A stretch of 64,000 nt of DNA from assembly GCA_965248195.1 (NCBI GenBank), contig CBDFIQ010000002.1, positions 384,001 to 448,000 on the forward strand, written 5' to 3'. The DNA is from Longimicrobiales bacterium. GTDB lineage: Bacteria > Gemmatimonadota > Gemmatimonadetes > Longimicrobiales > Gaopeijiaceae. Both the position numbers and the translations under genes were made by a program. Positions 41,416 through 50,409 of the stretch are shown one piece after another. The notes under the pieces were generated by a model, which was not told the origin of the DNA, did not search any database, and saw nothing but the letters and a program-made list of their open reading frames with translations. Each line of letters opens with the position of its first letter. Position 1 is the stretch's first letter.

Positions 41416-42423
41416 TTAGAGAGCAATATCCTGTGTGGTGAGGGAAGGGATGGGAGGATTGATGTAGACGGCCTCCGGGAGCGGTTTGGGCTTCGGCACA
41501 CCTGTGACGAAGCGTTCGGGATGAGCGGCCCATGCTTCGCGGAGCACGGATTTCCTGCCGGCAATGACCTGATCGGCGTTCCCGAAGTGGACCTGCTCGG
41601 GGGTTAGCATCGAGATACCGCCATGGCGGTGCTCGGCATTGTACCAGCGGAAGAACGATCGACACAACGTCTTGGCCTGGCCCTGATCCCCGAACCGCCC
41701 GGGAAACGAGGGATGGTACTTCAAGGTTTTGAACTGAGCCTCGGAAAACGGGTTGTCATCCGACACCTGAGGCCGGCTCAACGAGCGAGTCACGCCGAGG
41801 TCAGCGAGAAGTTGAGCGGTGCATTGGCTCGTCATTGGAGCTCCCCGATCCGAGTGCAGGGTCAGGACCCGGGGCTGGACGCCATGCTTCAGGCAGCTCT
41901 GCTGGATCAACCGGCCGGCCAGGGCCGAGTTCTCCCGGTCCGCCACCATCCAGCCCACGACGTAGCGGCTGTAGATATCCATGATGACGTAGAGGTAGTA
42001 ATAGCTCCACTTCTTCGGCCCGAGTAGCCGCGTGATATCCCAGGACCACACCTGGTTCGGCGCCGTGGCCATCAACTCGGGCTTCTTGTACTCGGGATGG
42101 GTGCGCTGCGCCCGGCGTTCCTGAACCGGCACCTCGGAGGCCAGAACACGATACATCGTGCGTTCGCTGCACAGGTAGACCTCTTCGTCGAGCAGCGTGG
42201 CCACCACCTCGGCGGGTGAGCGGTCCACGAACCGCTCCGAACACAGCGTGTCGAAGACCTCGCCTCGTTCCGTCTCGCTCAATGCCCGGGCGGGCGTCGG
42301 GCGGGGCTGCCGTTGCCCGGTCGATGGGCCTCGACGACGGTAGAACGTCGATCGGGAGACCTCGAGAGCCGCGCACGCCGGTTTTACACCGACGTGCTTA
42401 GCCAGCTCATCGGCCGCCTTCAA
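41416..42423 (-). CDS. DDE transposase OrfB (rve domain)
   Basis: PNQVWSWDIT, LHSDRG, DNPFSEAQFKTLK. Confidence 0.95.
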   Translation of the reverse strand: MKAADELAKHVGVKPACAALEVSRSTFYRRRGPSTGQRQPRPTPARALSETERGEVFDTLCSERFVDRSPAEVVATLLDEEVYLCSERTMYRVLASEVPVQERRAQRTHPEYKKPELMATAPNQVWSWDITRLLGPKKWSYYYLYVIMDIYSRYVVGWMVADRENSALAGRLIQQSCLKHGVQPRVLTLHSDRGAPMTSQCTAQLLADLGVTRSLSRPQVSDDNPFSEAQFKTLKYHPSFPGRFGDQGQAKTLCRSFFRWYNAEHRHGGISMLTPEQVHFGNADQVIAGRKSVLREAWAAHPERFVTGVPKPKPLPEAVYINPPIPSLTTQDIAL

Positions 42424-42869
42424 GAGTTCGTCCCGTCGTCGAGGCTTATCCCCAGCAGCCCCGCAACTTTTCCCTGCACGTCGATGATCAGGTGTGCCTT
42501 CCTGAGCTCATTCTCGAGCCGTGCGTTTTGCCGCTCCAGCTTGCGTACCTTCTCATCCAGCGGATTCCGCTCCGGCTTGCGGCCGCGTTTCTTCGACAGG
42601 GCCTTCAGCGACCCGCTATGCGCCGCCTTGCGCCACGTCGTCAGGTGCGACGAGTACAGGCCCTCGCGCCGCAGGAGCTGACCCACCTCGCCGGGCTCGG
42701 TGCACCGGTCCGCTTCTTCGACGATCCGCAGCTTGTACGATGGACTGAACCGCCGGCGTAGCGGCCTATCTACTACCTCCGGGTCCGCAGGAGCTGCCGC
42801 GCTTCGCTTGGCCTCCCCGATTCCAGGGGCACTACCATTCTCTTCCATTCTCTCTCGCAGTCCCAACAT
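42420..42869 (-). CDS. Transposase OrfA (HTH plus coiled coil)
   Basis: RRRFSPSYKLRIV..LLRREGLYSSHLTTWR. Confidence 0.9.
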   Translation of the reverse strand: MLGLRERMEENGSAPGIGEAKRSAAAPADPEVVDRPLRRRFSPSYKLRIVEEADRCTEPGEVGQLLRREGLYSSHLTTWRKAAHSGSLKALSKKRGRKPERNPLDEKVRKLERQNARLENELRKAHLIIDVQGKVAGLLGISLDDGTNS

Positions 42870-43802
42870 GTTCGTTTTCTCTGCCTTCGCCCTACTCTAA
42901 TTCTTTGCGTGCTCCGTGTCTCACGTACGTTGGCAGAGAGGGGCGCGGCCACGGTCTACGAACAAGATGTCGACGTCACGGACATAAACGCCGCGGTCGA
43001 CAGCAGTGTAGTCGCCGTCGTACAGGCGCTAGCGAACATAGGTGCCGGGGTGCGGCTCCCAGACGACGGCATCGCTACGGCAATCCGATCTGTGCGAGCG
43101 AACACGAGGCAGCGGGGACGGGAGCTCGGTGTTCGGTTGGGTCCCGTGATGTACCGTAACGACAGTAACCTCGTCTTTGGAAGCAGCGCTGGGACCTACG
43201 TCGAAGCCTACCTTGCGGTCATGCCCGAATTCCTGTCTTTGGGCCAGCCGGGCGGGAAATATGATGTGGGCTTTGAGTTTCTATACGGTGGCGACATGGG
43301 GGAGGATTACTCCTTTCGCACCGCCTCGATACACTCGTTTTCGGTGAATCTCAAGATGTACATGACACCATGGCGCTACTCTCGGGCAGCCATAAACTTC
43401 GCGCTGGGTGCGGGCGCGGGATTCACCGCTCTGAGATACTCGTTCCAACCGGGCGACCGTCGGTTCATCGGTGACGAGAATTTCCACGACGCGGCGGCCC
43501 GTTTGGCGGTCAACTTCTTTGCAATCGCTTCGATTCCCCTGTTCAAAGCGATAGAAGGGGACGCAGTTGTCCGATGGGCTCCTCCACTGGGTGACCTGCG
43601 ACGGTTCGCTAACGTCCAGGACGAAGGAATCGTGTGGGATACACCACTGGTGGGTCCTCTCGGCGGTGTCTACTTCGCCTTCGGCCTGAAGTATCGATTT
43701 TGAGTAGTCCGCCTTCCCGCTAGTTCCGCCGATCAAATCGATACTGGACTCGTCGCTTAATCGGCTGCTGGAGCAGGTCTAGAAGTTCTCAAGGAGTCTG
43801 AC

Positions 43803-44912
43803 ATGATCGAAGTGACCGCGCCGGAGCGGCGCCCAGGCTCCGTAGGCAAGGTGGTGGCAGTCGTCACGCTACTGGCTCTGGCTCTTTATGTAGTTGCCGG
43901 CTTGTTCTATTTGATCTCCAACAACGACCTCATCGGGAGGGTTGAGGCAGTCGGTGCTTTTGTCGGCGGCGGCGGCGGCCCATTGGCCCTGTTATGGACA
44001 CGCTTGCGTCGCCGACTAGAGCAAGGTCTCGCAGACGAGCGTCGGACAACTTCGGACGCTTTGATGGGACTCCTGGCTACGGAACCGCTGGTGATCGGGT
44101 TCGTGTGGATTTTCCTCTTGGTCGGGGGATCGGTGGCCGCCGTCTACGCGCCGGTTCGGATCATCGTAAACGTGGACACTTCCAACTTACCCGTTGACGA
44201 CAGCCTGGTCCGGGTCGTGACTGAGCCTGGACGGGATGTCTTCGAGCGCATCGATTCTCTACGGTTCCGCAGCCGGGGACGCTATCCACGCGGCGACTCG
44301 ATCGTGCTGCGCGCCTACGCCGGACCGTACGAGGACAGCAGCATCGTGACCATCGAGGGTCTCCAGCTGTTCGCCACTTTCTCAGGACAGGTGGTCGCTC
44401 TCCGGCTGCGCGGTGAGCTTTATCGCCTTACCGTAGAGGCGCCGGCAGCGGCCGTGGTCGTGTTCGACTCTGGTGGAATCACACACCGAAGTCCTCCTCC
44501 TAGCCTTGATGTGGTCGGCGGCACCGTCGTGAGGGTCCGAGTTGAGCAGCCAGGACACGCGACCCGAGACACGGCCATCACCGTGGGTCGAGCCGACACG
44601 AGTGTAACCGTCGAGATGGTGCCACTCGAGGGCGCCATCCGCATTCGATTCGCGGGAAACGCTGCAAGGCAACGGCGAGAAGGTCTTAGTGTGTACGTGC
44701 GTCGCGCGGGATCCGACGCCGCCTTCGACAGAGTCGGGCAGGTGGGTGAGTCAATTCCTTTGGATGCGGGCCGATGGAATGTTCGAGCCTGTCGGTTGAG
44801 GCAGGATGGTTCTCTCTACCGCGGTGAATTAACGGTGCTGGTTGGCCCTGGCGTGGAGTTGGTCATCGATACGATTACGACAAGATCTGAGCGCGGCAGC
44901 TGTGAGGATTAG
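43803..44912 (+). CDS. Membrane-anchored hypothetical protein with PEGA-like beta domains
   Basis: AAGGAG RBS, three TM segments, VRVEQPGH motif. Confidence 0.7.
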   Translation: MIEVTAPERRPGSVGKVVAVVTLLALALYVVAGLFYLISNNDLIGRVEAVGAFVGGGGGPLALLWTRLRRRLEQGLADERRTTSDALMGLLATEPLVIGFVWIFLLVGGSVAAVYAPVRIIVNVDTSNLPVDDSLVRVVTEPGRDVFERIDSLRFRSRGRYPRGDSIVLRAYAGPYEDSSIVTIEGLQLFATFSGQVVALRLRGELYRLTVEAPAAAVVVFDSGGITHRSPPPSLDVVGGTVVRVRVEQPGHATRDTAITVGRADTSVTVEMVPLEGAIRIRFAGNAARQRREGLSVYVRRAGSDAAFDRVGQVGESIPLDAGRWNVRACRLRQDGSLYRGELTVLVGPGVELVIDTITTRSERGSCED

Positions 44913-44961
44913 GAGCGCCGAGTAGAGGTCGGTAATACGGGACTGCTCGGGAGTGGATCAG

Positions 44962-45101
44962 AAACCTGTAACACAAAACCTGTAACAGCGCCCACGAGCG
45001 CCCGACTCATATCTGATAAGCGTGAGGTCGTAGTTCGAGTCTACCCACGCCCACTTGGTGAAGCGACTGCCCCGCTTGGTCTTACGTGACCGGGCGGGGT
45101 T
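44962..45101 (+). repeat. att junction 1: right arm, tRNA 3'-half copy, hairpin
   Basis: AACCTGTAACA x2, GCGCCCACGAGCG, GACTCATAT, core 45013-45053 (one deletion, one substitution versus the tRNA), hairpin 45069-45101. Confidence 0.92.
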
Positions 45102-45118
45102 CTTACTTGATTGCTGCG

Positions 45119-45952
45119 CTAGCTCACGAGCACGGCGAGAACCACGCCGAGAACGGCCAAGGCGATCATCTCAGCGATGCCGCGCTTCTTCTTCGGAACG
45201 AACGGGAGGAGTTTTGCTCCCAGCGCCGCAGCTACCATCGGTGGCGCGGTTTTTACCATATCGGAGTAGGCCCCGGCTCCCGCGCGGACCACTGCATCAT
45301 GCATGAATCCGACCGAGTTGAGTACCGGCAACAGGCTCTGGCTGCTCTTTCTTGTCAATTGCTCCCCGGCCGCAACGGCTGCGATCGCCTTCTCCACGCC
45401 GGCATCTCCTGCAAAGAGTGCGCGATAGAGGATCTCACCGTCCGCACCGATGATGTGAAGTGAGTTGGGCTCGGTGCCGAGCAGACGGTGCAGCGTTCCT
45501 TCGATGTCGTCGACCAGAACCGGCCATCGCACGGAATACACTTCTCGCATGAGTTGGGCATGTTGGACCTTGTCTCGCGAAGTGCGGGGCTGGTCGATCT
45601 CAGCACCCGGATGTGCCTCCCGTACCTGGAGCAGCACAAACTGAACGTCGTCACCGTAGCGTTCCTCGAGTCGGTTCAGATCGGGCATCGAGCTGGCCGT
45701 CGCGGGACAGGTCGTCGAGCCGGTCACCAAAGCGATCGGGCGCCCAGCGGCCAAGGATCGCAGTGAGACTTCTCGTCCGTCGAGATTCAGTAGCGTCGTG
45801 TCCAGCAGCCGGTCACCGGGCGCCAGGGCGGTGCGACTGAACCGCATATCTTGTAGCAAGAGGCCGAGATTGAGATGCTCGAATCGGTAGTCGTTGGCTT
45901 CTCGTGGGGCTTCGCTTGACGCCTCGTGCGAGGCGATGTTGAGGGCGGTCAT
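45119..45952 (-). CDS. Deiodinase-like thioredoxin-fold protein (Cys form)
   Basis: LVTGSTTCP..FVLLQVREAHPG..VLVDDIEG; C-terminal membrane anchor. Confidence 0.8.
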   Translation of the reverse strand: MTALNIASHEASSEAPREANDYRFEHLNLGLLLQDMRFSRTALAPGDRLLDTTLLNLDGREVSLRSLAAGRPIALVTGSTTCPATASSMPDLNRLEERYGDDVQFVLLQVREAHPGAEIDQPRTSRDKVQHAQLMREVYSVRWPVLVDDIEGTLHRLLGTEPNSLHIIGADGEILYRALFAGDAGVEKAIAAVAAGEQLTRKSSQSLLPVLNSVGFMHDAVVRAGAGAYSDMVKTAPPMVAAALGAKLLPFVPKKKRGIAEMIALAVLGVVLAVLVS

Positions 45953-46070
45953 AGGTCTCTCCTTTCCCAGGGTTGCGGTGACTACTCGGTGTGAGATATG
46001 CGTTTTGCTTCGGAAAAACCTCAGCTTCGTCCAACGCGGCTATCCCCATGCCCTCTCTTCAGGCCGGCGA

Positions 46071-47006
46071 TTAGGCCGCCTCGTCCAGGAACTTGGTCAC
46101 CACCTGCACCAGCTCCTGCGGTTTGTCCATGTGCACGTAGTGGCCGGACTTGTCGATTACCTCCAGCTTGGCGTTTGGCAGCTTTTCCGCAATCTCGTGC
46201 CCCAGCTTGCTGCTGATGAAACGATCGTACTTGCCCCACACCACCAGCACGGGTGTTTGAAGCTCTTGTGCGTGCGGCTCGAAGTACTCCTGGCCCGTGC
46301 GGAAGTTTTGGAAGTACGAAAGAAACGCCTCTTGGGTGCTCTTACTCACACCATCGGATAAGAATTCTCGTCGCACCTCAGCCGGGATGGAGTGCCCCCT
46401 GTAAAATCCTTTGAAGTACGAAATTTTGGCTGTGATGCGCGGAAACCAGCGCACCAGGGCCTTGCCGATGATCGAGCCTTTTTTGGCAAAACTCTTGAGC
46501 TCCCAGGAGGAGTATTGTGGCCGCGGAAACGGAATGCCGTCCATCACCGCCAGCTTGGAGACACGGCTCGGGTGCTCGAGGCCGACCAGTAGCGAAGGGA
46601 GGAGGGCAATGTCGGTGGCCACCAGGCTCGCCTGACGGATCTGAAGCGAGTCCATGAAGTCTACAATCACCTCAGCAAAGCGGCGTGAAGTGTAGTCCTC
46701 GGGCGACGCCAACGGCTCGCTTCCGCCAAAACCAGGCCAATCGACCGCCAGCACGTGGTACTTCTCGGACAGGAGCGGCGCCACAGCGTACCAGCCCTGC
46801 AGATTCTCGGGCACGCCGTGAAGCAGTAGAACCGTCGGGTTTGCCGGGTCCCCCAACTCGGCATAGCGGATGTTGAGATCTTCCTTTTCCAACCGCACGG
46901 TCTTGGTAGCCAGCAGACGGTTCGGTTTTGCAATCGTGTCGCGGCTGTCGGTGTTCAATGGTGTTTTTTCCGATCGAGCTAAGAGTCCGGCGTCACTCGT
47001 GTTCAT
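46071..47006 (-). CDS. Alpha/beta hydrolase (epoxide hydrolase/dehalogenase-like)
   Basis: LLHGVPE, DWPGFGGS, nucleophile-position Asp in ATDIA, SGHYVH. Confidence 0.88.
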   Translation of the reverse strand: MNTSDAGLLARSEKTPLNTDSRDTIAKPNRLLATKTVRLEKEDLNIRYAELGDPANPTVLLLHGVPENLQGWYAVAPLLSEKYHVLAVDWPGFGGSEPLASPEDYTSRRFAEVIVDFMDSLQIRQASLVATDIALLPSLLVGLEHPSRVSKLAVMDGIPFPRPQYSSWELKSFAKKGSIIGKALVRWFPRITAKISYFKGFYRGHSIPAEVRREFLSDGVSKSTQEAFLSYFQNFRTGQEYFEPHAQELQTPVLVVWGKYDRFISSKLGHEIAEKLPNAKLEVIDKSGHYVHMDKPQELVQVVTKFLDEAA

Positions 47007-47048
47007 GTTTCCTCTCCTTGGTTTAGGTACTGAGAATTCGAGTACGAT

Positions 47049-47579
47049 TTAGGACGCGAAGATCTCTACCGCACGCCGATAAGAGACAGCTTGCGAGAGA
47101 AATCCAAACAGTACCGGCAAGGCGTAAACCTGAGCTAGCAGCGCCGTGGGTGCCGCACCGATGTCACCGGTACTCAATGACGCCTCAGCCAGGATAAGGG
47201 CCGAATTGATGGTTCCGATAATCAATCCAATCGTCACAGCCCTCGCCGGAATCCCATGTAGAAAGGCGGTCGCGACAAGGCTCTCCGGTGTCCCAGGTAT
47301 GTGCTCTTTTTTGGCATCCACCCAGGCCCGCCGGATAGCCGTGAGTTGCGAGATTGCAATGACTGCGAAAGGGGTCACATAGGCCAAAAGCAGAGGCAAA
47401 ATCTGAATCGTGTCGGATCCGAAGAGCGCGTCGAATTGATTGATCCAGGTCAGTGCACTGCCAATGATCAGAGCGAGGATCGCTGAGCGGCGTAGCACGC
47501 CGCCTGTCAATGGTGCCGACTCAAGGAGACCCCAGCGTTGCCGATTTCCCGAACGCCATGTGCTAATTCCTGCTTTCAT
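47049..47579 (-). CDS. Small membrane protein with a duplicated NrtS-like motif
   Basis: ALIIGSALTWINQ..YVTPF and GLIIGTINSAL..YALP halves. Confidence 0.65.
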   Translation of the reverse strand: MKAGISTWRSGNRQRWGLLESAPLTGGVLRRSAILALIIGSALTWINQFDALFGSDTIQILPLLLAYVTPFAVIAISQLTAIRRAWVDAKKEHIPGTPESLVATAFLHGIPARAVTIGLIIGTINSALILAEASLSTGDIGAAPTALLAQVYALPVLFGFLSQAVSYRRAVEIFAS

Positions 47580-47600
47580 CTTTCGATATGCTCCAGTAAG

Positions 47601-47612
47601 GTGTATATACAC
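47601..47612. promoter_or_regulatory. Candidate MarR operator GTGTATATACAC
   Basis: Perfect 12-bp palindrome, identical to 48097-48108. Confidence 0.75.
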
Positions 47613-47630
47613 TTAATCGTCAAAAAAAAC

Positions 47631-48092
47631 TCACCCGTTTTGCACCACGCCAATCGTTTTCTCTAGATCATCCAGAAAGGCTGACCAACGCTTCTGACCA
47701 AGACCGTCGACTAGCCGGGACTGCGCCTCTCGCCAGTAGGGAAGGGCATCTTCGAGCACCGTCTTCCCCTCGTCCGTTAGGCTGACGATGCGTACCCGTT
47801 GATCCTCGTCCTGTTCAATGCGGACCAGTCGCTTCTCAACGAGCGGCTTGAGATTTCGCGTTAACGTCGTACGGTCCATAACAAGGGCGTCTGCCAACCG
47901 CGTCAGTGGTGTATCTCCCAGTCTCGCCAGTGCCGAGATCACGGTGAATTGGGTTACCTGCAGGCCAACCGGCCGCAAGCCGGCGTTATAGACTTGCGTC
48001 ACCGCTCGCGTTGCTTTGCGCAAGTTTGCGATTGTGCAATTCGCTCGATCCAGGGCATTGCGACTCTGATTTAAAGGTTTCTTGGCGGTCAT
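47631..48092 (-). CDS. MarR family regulator
   Basis: C...NLRKATRAVTQVY..MDRTTLTRNLKPL..DQRVR..LTDEG. Confidence 0.93.
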   Translation of the reverse strand: MTAKKPLNQSRNALDRANCTIANLRKATRAVTQVYNAGLRPVGLQVTQFTVISALARLGDTPLTRLADALVMDRTTLTRNLKPLVEKRLVRIEQDEDQRVRIVSLTDEGKTVLEDALPYWREAQSRLVDGLGQKRWSAFLDDLEKTIGVVQNG

Positions 48093-48096
48093 GTAC

Positions 48097-48108
48097 GTGT
48101 ATATACAC
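48097..48108. promoter_or_regulatory. Candidate MarR autoregulatory operator GTGTATATACAC
   Basis: Perfect palindrome 4 nt upstream of the marR start. Confidence 0.75.
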
Positions 48109-48194
48109 TCTTATGCGTCGCCTGTCAAGAGGAGGCTGTGGAGGGGAAGCACCACGATCGTCGGGATCGTCCCCTGACCCTTCGCCACTATCAT

Positions 48195-48254
48195 AAGCCC
48201 CGCAAGGTTTTGTGCCCTGCGGGGCTTTTGCTGTAACAAGAAGGGCGTGAGGGC
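48195..48254 (+). repeat. Orphan element left end (hairpin plus arm motif)
   Basis: AAGCCCCGCAAGG..CCTGCGGGGCTTTT-GCTGTAACAAGAAGGGCGTGAGGGC, homologous to 62527-62584. Confidence 0.85.
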
Positions 48255-48340
48255 CGCCTGACGAATCGTGCCTCTGCTACGCGACCAATCTGCACACCGC
48301 ACGTGCACTGCGCACCTGCCGGCCTACTGCCACAGCCTTG

Positions 48341-48631
48341 CTACGGATCGCGCCGGTCGGAATGACCGAGGTCCCTCTCTGGGGCGATACGGTCGCGGAT
48401 GAGCTGCTTGAGTTCCTTCAGCTCGGGGAAGCGGCCGCGCTCCTTGCGCGACCATAGTACGTCGCCGTCAGCTCGGACCTCAAAGATCCCGCCAGTTCGT
48501 GGGACGAACACGAGTTGGCCGATATCGGCCTCGAATGTGGTGAGGAGTTCCTGTGCGATCCACGCCGCTCGCATGAGCCAGCGACATTGGGTGCAATAGT
48601 GAATCTCGACTCGGCTCTTCACGGATGACAT
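48341..48631 (-). CDS. SelT/SelW/SelH (Rdx) family protein, CxxC form
   Basis: IHYCTQCRWLMRAAWIAQELLTTF..GGIFEV..RDLGHSD. Confidence 0.92.
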   Translation of the reverse strand: MSSVKSRVEIHYCTQCRWLMRAAWIAQELLTTFEADIGQLVFVPRTGGIFEVRADGDVLWSRKERGRFPELKELKQLIRDRIAPERDLGHSDRRDP

Positions 48632-48978
48632 CGCACGGGTTCTCCGGCGCCGCACAAGGGATCGCGATTCTGCTGTCTGACCACTATGCCGACCAGCGGC
48701 GTGAGCTGGCGCGCCAAGTTATCGATTCCTTCGTGTGGGTCCTTTTGCCCTTTCGATCACGAACTCGGCGAGTGCAGTCCAACGGACTAGAGACGGCTTC
48801 AATTCTTCGAGAATCTCGTTGGCAGTCGTCCCCGTGAAAGGCCCCTTGTGCCGCTTCTTCATCTCGTGGTACGCCGCCACAGCACGATGGACGACGGGTT
48901 GCTCCTCAGGCGTCAAGTCCATGACTGTAAACTAACGGTACTCCCCGCTGTCGATGCTGACAGCGACCAGAGTCAAAC

Positions 48979-49623
48979 TCACGTCCACCGGCCCTCGTCA
49001 AGCGAGGCGGAAAAGAAGTCGATCTCACAGCGCATCGCGTAACGGTAGGCCTGTGACACGCTGTGCGTGCCCTCGGCCAGCTGGTCCAGCAGCGACTCGA
49101 GCTCGGCGGCCAGGGCCTCGAACTCTGCGCTCGAGTAGGTCTCGATCCACTCCCGATAAGGATTCTGGGAGTGGTCGCCCAGGGCCAACTCCTGTCCTAA
49201 GTACGCATAGAGCCGCATGCACGGCGTCATTGCTGCCATGATCTCACCTACTTCGGTCGTCCACGCTGTCCGAAGCAAGAAATCGGTATAAGCGCGGGTG
49301 GCTGGATGGGGTCGGACGTTCCCCAGATCGATCGCCAGACTCTCAGCGTAGCCTTCGTGGAGCTTCAGCTCGTCCAGTACGCCGTGCATGAGCCCGTGGA
49401 GCCTCTGTACGACCTGCCGTCTCTCCGCTGCCCGGACGGCGCCCAGGGCGTAGGCGCTGAAAAAGGCCTGCAGGAAGAAAGCGTCCTGGGCCACATAGTG
49501 CTTGAAGACCTCGGGATCCAAGCTGCCGTCTCCCAAGCTGCGGACGAACGGATGGGCCAAACATTCTTCGGCTAGTGCCTGGTTCTCCTGCCATAGGGTC
49601 TTGTGAAGCGGTTCGGCCGACAT
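48979..49623 (-). CDS. tenA: TenA family protein with catalytic Cys (thiaminase II type)
   Basis: HPFV..YVAQDAFFL..MTPCMRLY..WIETYSS..EIDFF. Confidence 0.9.
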   Translation of the reverse strand: MSAEPLHKTLWQENQALAEECLAHPFVRSLGDGSLDPEVFKHYVAQDAFFLQAFFSAYALGAVRAAERRQVVQRLHGLMHGVLDELKLHEGYAESLAIDLGNVRPHPATRAYTDFLLRTAWTTEVGEIMAAMTPCMRLYAYLGQELALGDHSQNPYREWIETYSSAEFEALAAELESLLDQLAEGTHSVSQAYRYAMRCEIDFFSASLDEGRWT

Positions 49624-49630
49624 GAGCAGT

Positions 49631-50233
49631 TCAGCCTTTCCAGGTCATGCGCCAAAAATCCCGCTCATAGCGCATGACCTCGTTGAACATGGCTTGCTGA
49701 CCTGGATGGGGATGCTCGTCGGCGAGCGTCGACAGGACACGCACGTAGGCTCGGAAGTCCTCATGGGTCCACCGGTCGATAAACTCGGCGTACGGCCCCC
49801 GGACCTCGAGACGACTCCACGCGACCGCATAGGCCACCTCGACGCCATAGAAGAGTGCAAGCAGCACCTGGAACGGCTCGGAGTAGCCCGCAGTGATGAG
49901 AAAGTCGACGTAGCGCTGGCACGCTGGGTGGAGCTCGGCGCCTAGATCGAGGGACCTGGCCTCGGCATGCGCCTCGAACCAGTCGAGCTCGTCGTCGAGG
50001 GCCGAGAGGCCCGCGATCAAGACACTCTGCCCCGGCCTGGGCGTTTTCCCGACAGTCAGGGACGCGAAGCCGGCAAACCCTCTCACGAACAGGTAATCCT
50101 GCACGAGCCAGCGGTTGAACGCATCCTCGGGCAGCGAACCGTCGCCGACGGCGTTCAGGAACTCGGCGCGTGTACCCAGATCCCAGAGTTCGCCTGCGCC
50201 CAGGGCAAGACGCGATTCCGTAAACTCTTTCAA
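49631..50233 (-). CDS. TenA family protein lacking the catalytic Cys (TenA_E type)
   Basis: [26 protein letters not shown]. Confidence 0.85.
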   Translation of the reverse strand: MKEFTESRLALGAGELWDLGTRAEFLNAVGDGSLPEDAFNRWLVQDYLFVRGFAGFASLTVGKTPRPGQSVLIAGLSALDDELDWFEAHAEARSLDLGAELHPACQRYVDFLITAGYSEPFQVLLALFYGVEVAYAVAWSRLEVRGPYAEFIDRWTHEDFRAYVRVLSTLADEHPHPGQQAMFNEVMRYERDFWRMTWKG

Positions 50234-50342
50234 CTACAGCCTCCTCCGGATGGACAAAAGGTGGAGACCCGGCCCCGTCCGGACAACGGGTCGATCCCGC
50301 GCGCCTTCGTTTGCCCATCGTTAGTTCTAAGGGTATCTTGTT

Positions 50343-50361
50343 GATAACGAGAATCATTCTT
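50343..50361. promoter_or_regulatory. Fur-box-like site upstream of sufB
   Basis: GATAACGAGAATCATTCTT matches 15/19 of GATAATGATAATCATTATC. Confidence 0.65.
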
Positions 50362-50409
50362 GATAGATCCAGCAGGAGCAGGACCAGAAGCAGCAGGAGG
50401 AGGAGGTCC

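Larger units (their letters stand above)
41379..42942 (-). mobile_element. IS3-family-like insertion sequence (about 1.56 kb)
   Basis: Imperfect IRs TGTCAACGACAATGGGACAC (from 41383) and TGCCAACGTACGTGAGACAC (reverse, ending 42935); flanking GCGCGG direct repeat. Confidence 0.9.
40205..43703 (+). pseudogene. IS-interrupted envelope protein: TolB-N/CsgG-like domain(s) plus C-terminal beta-barrel
   Basis: Removing 41379-42948 joins HPGSA to ATVYEQDV in frame (642 aa from GTG 40205); ends YFAFGLKYRF; true start unclear. Confidence 0.8.

Noticed and set aside
48160..48190. Possible 3' end of another tRNA before the orphan hairpin (..CCCTTCGCCACT)
   Set aside because: No T-loop GTTCGA and too little similarity to support it.
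48719..48922. 67-aa minus-strand ORF
   Set aside because: No RBS or family recognised; may be a gene fragment.
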